DNA of 64,000 nucleotides from Mytilus edulis (Eukaryota). The notes below the pieces were generated by a model. The model did no database searches. It was not told the origin of the DNA and was given only the letters and a program-made list of their open reading frames with translations. The stretch is from assembly GCF_963676685.1 (NCBI RefSeq), contig NC_092348.1, forward strand, positions 496,001 through 560,000. The letters are read 5' to 3'. A program made the position numbers and the translations under genes. This document shows positions 61,290 through 64,000 of this stretch, one piece after another. Each line of letters opens with the position of its first letter. Position 1 is the stretch's first letter.

Positions 61290-61747
61290 AATAAAATTGA
61301 GAATGGAAATAGGGAATGTGTCAAAGAGACAACAAACCCGACCATAGAGCAAACAAATGCTGAATGCCACCAACGGGTCTTCAATACAGCGAGAAACTCC
61401 TGCACCCAGAGGAGTCCTCAGCTGGCCCCGAAACAAATATATTACTAGTTCAGTGATAATGGCCCTCATACTAGACTACGAATTATATACAAGAAACTAA
61501 AATAAAAAATCATACAAGACTAAAAAAGACCAGAGGCTTCTGACTTATGACAGGCGCAAAAATGCGGCTGGGTTAAACATGTTTTTAGAGATCTCAACCC
61601 TCCCCCTCTAGCCAATGTAGAAAAAACAAACACACAACCATACACATAGTAAAACTCAGTTTAAGAGATGCCTAAGTCTGATGTCAGCTCCAGACCTCAA
61701 TTAAACTGAGTTTTACTATGCATATTGTTGTGCGCTTATTTTCTACA
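61290..61747 (+). repeat. Dispersed repeat with an inverted terminal duplication of about 50 bp
   Basis: GAGAATGGAAATAGGGAATGTGTCAAAGAGACAAC is also seen at about 5305-5350 (minus strand) and 57788; inverted arms at about 61616-61664 and 61701-61746. Confidence 0.6.
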
Positions 61748-61847
61748 AACTATGTCTTCGTCATATAAATATCAATCACAATCCCTGCCATTAGGAGTTA
61801 GTAATATACCATCATAATTTAAATGAAAAGAACAAAACCATGCCAAT

Positions 61848-62085
61848 TCTGGTATACATATAAATACTAACATGTAGTAGGATATTTGCAAATGAATTTT
61901 ATGCAACTGTCATACAAGTGAGAGGTTTATCTAGCTAGAAAACTAGATATAATCCACCATTTCTGGCAAACATCTGGTATACATATAATTACTAACATGT
62001 AGTAGGATATTTTCAAATGAATTTTATGCAACTGTCATACAAGTGAGAGGTTTATCTAGCTAGAAAACTAGGTATAATCCACCAT
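61848..62085. repeat. Direct tandem duplication of about 125 bp
   Basis: TCTGGTATACATATAA...ATAATCCACCATTT occurs twice. Confidence 0.85.
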
Positions 62086-62375
62086 TTTTGTCATCAGAAA
62101 ATACCTGTACCAATTCAGTATTTGACAGTTGATGTTCATTCTTTTGATATTTTTGATTTTTGAGCTTCTTATTTTGCAATTTGATTAAGGACTTTCTCTT
62201 TCAATTGGTCTCAGAGTTTTTTGATTTTACTTTTTACCACTTTATATGTGAACTGTTGTTTGTAAACATCACTCTGCTGTAGACCTGTTGACATATTTTT
62301 GTGATAATATGTTTCTGACATTCTGTTTACAGATCTTCTTCATTGAATATTTGTTGTTTTAAAAGTTGGCATGTT

Positions 62376-62826
62376 GGTCCGAGTACACAGTTATCGTCCT
62401 TTGATTTTCGTTGTTCACGAATATAGTCCTTAATGTGGACAGTGTGTTACTTGCCAATTTTTGTTATACCCCTTCCAAATTTAATTCTCCATGTTTTATG
62501 CCTCATATAGCAAGTTGGGGGGTGAAATGACACTGTAAAAAAATTTGGGTCATAAATATTTAGGTAAAGTAGTGATTAGGTCCAGCTGAAAAAGGTCAAA
62601 AATTAGCACTTCGGAAGCTGTCAAAAGATTTCAAGACCCCCTTAACACAAAATTGTCCATATTTTGAGTTAGAGCTGATGAAGTTTTCTATAATTTTGAT
62701 ATAATTTGTCCCAAAAGTAGTACAACACACTGTAAAAATGTTATTGAGAAAGCGCAGGTGGGATTTTTTTTATTTACATTTATTGTCTAAAAGAAATGCA
62801 CTACGAAATAACTGTGTACTCGGACC
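62376..62826. mobile_element. TIR element (MITE)
   Basis: Perfect 19-bp TIR GGTCCGAGTACACAGTTAT/ATAACTGTGTACTCGGACC. Confidence 0.8.
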
Positions 62827-64000
62827 TAAGAGGTGAAATCAGGAAATATAGAATCTGTACTTTGGCAACTTCCCTGAATGATTTGATGGTGTCAATTTGT
62901 CAAATAGCATAAAACTAAAGGATTTAAACTTTTATTTGATAGAATTTCTGCAAAAATGACCAATTTTGGCATTATATGGTCAAAATAAGCATTTCATAGC
63001 TTTTTCAATTTTGATGCATAAGTGGCATTTTGACTTTCTATCTGACATGTTTTCATGTGTCAATTTTGGTGTTTCTATGATTTAATCCAGTTGTATTACT
63101 CATTTGTGAACTCTGAATTTACAGAAAAGAAGATTATCTCAGACAATATGAGCAAAGTGTGTTGTATAAATGACCCTCATCTAACGCCCTGTTTGGATCA
63201 AGTTAAATGTGAGGAGCATGGTACATAAAAGTTGAAGTCCATAATAAAGACCTCACTAAATTTGTATAAAAAGCACTTAACAATGTCTTTTGTACCTGTT
63301 TCATTTCACATAACATCTTTCTTTACCTCTGTAGGATACCATGTGGTTCAAATATAAGCCTGTTGAGACTAAAATTGCATGCAAGTATTTCACTAAAAAG
63401 TGAAAAATCTTTGTATCAGACCATACTGTCTGCTCAAAAAGTTGAATGTAAGAGGCTTTTTGTGCTCAGATTCATTGTATCATGTCACTTGAGTATAGAA
63501 ATGATAGAAAAGACACAATTTTTTATTCCCTATAGCTTCAATATGCATTTTTAAATGTAAATATGTGCTACGGCCTAAATTGACCCTAAATTATTTTTAG
63601 TCATACTTGGCCTAAGACCCTTTTAAACTAATATGATATGTTATTTGTAAGTTTTCTTTCCATTTAAAGTACATTAAGTACATATGTAAGGATCATTTAT
63701 AATCAAAAAGCTTCACAAATTTAAAATTGCTGGAAAATATTACATCTTCATGTAAGGCTCCCCTTCATTGGAAAACCTCCATTTTTAGGCACAGGCTCAT
63801 ATAAATTTGACTTTTGAAAAATTATGCTAAGTCTGATATATAAAATGAGTACTCTATTGCTTTAAATACATGATGTATTATATATTAAGGCATTGTAAAA
63901 GTATTTTTTTGCAATATTTTAATTTTAAAAGCCCCAAATGTTGATAGTTGAAATTTCTCAATTTTAACGTCCAAATTTAACACGTAAAGTTGAATATAGA

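Overview
AT-rich, repeat-rich eukaryotic genomic DNA with GT-AG spliceosomal introns. The repeat families and gene content point to a bivalve mollusc, probably a Mytilus mussel (inference). Five protein-coding genes were rebuilt by hand with phase-consistent splice junctions: (1) a minus-strand single-pass membrane protein with a partial LDLa module and two PPxY motifs (LDLRAD4/PMEPA1-like); (2) neuroguidin NGDN, head-to-head with it, 12 coding exons; (3) a secreted 'short-chain collagen C4-like' protein; (4) an intronless 404-aa SAM-dependent transferase resembling bacterial isonocardicin synthase Nat (a 3-amino-3-carboxypropyl transferase), a candidate horizontally acquired enzyme; (5) the micro-exon-rich 5' part of a KIF28-like kinesin-3. 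The most notable observations are: the Nat-like gene; tandem copies of exon/intron junctions extending into the adjacent intron in all four intron-containing genes; and an apparently intact type I hammerhead ribozyme inside a TSD-flanked, partly inverted Penelope/retrozyme-like insertion, plus degenerate hammerheads, one lying at the end of a 42-bp satellite built from its upstream sequence. Most long ORFs in the supplied track are tandem-repeat artefacts. Family assignments come from recalled motifs; no searches were run.
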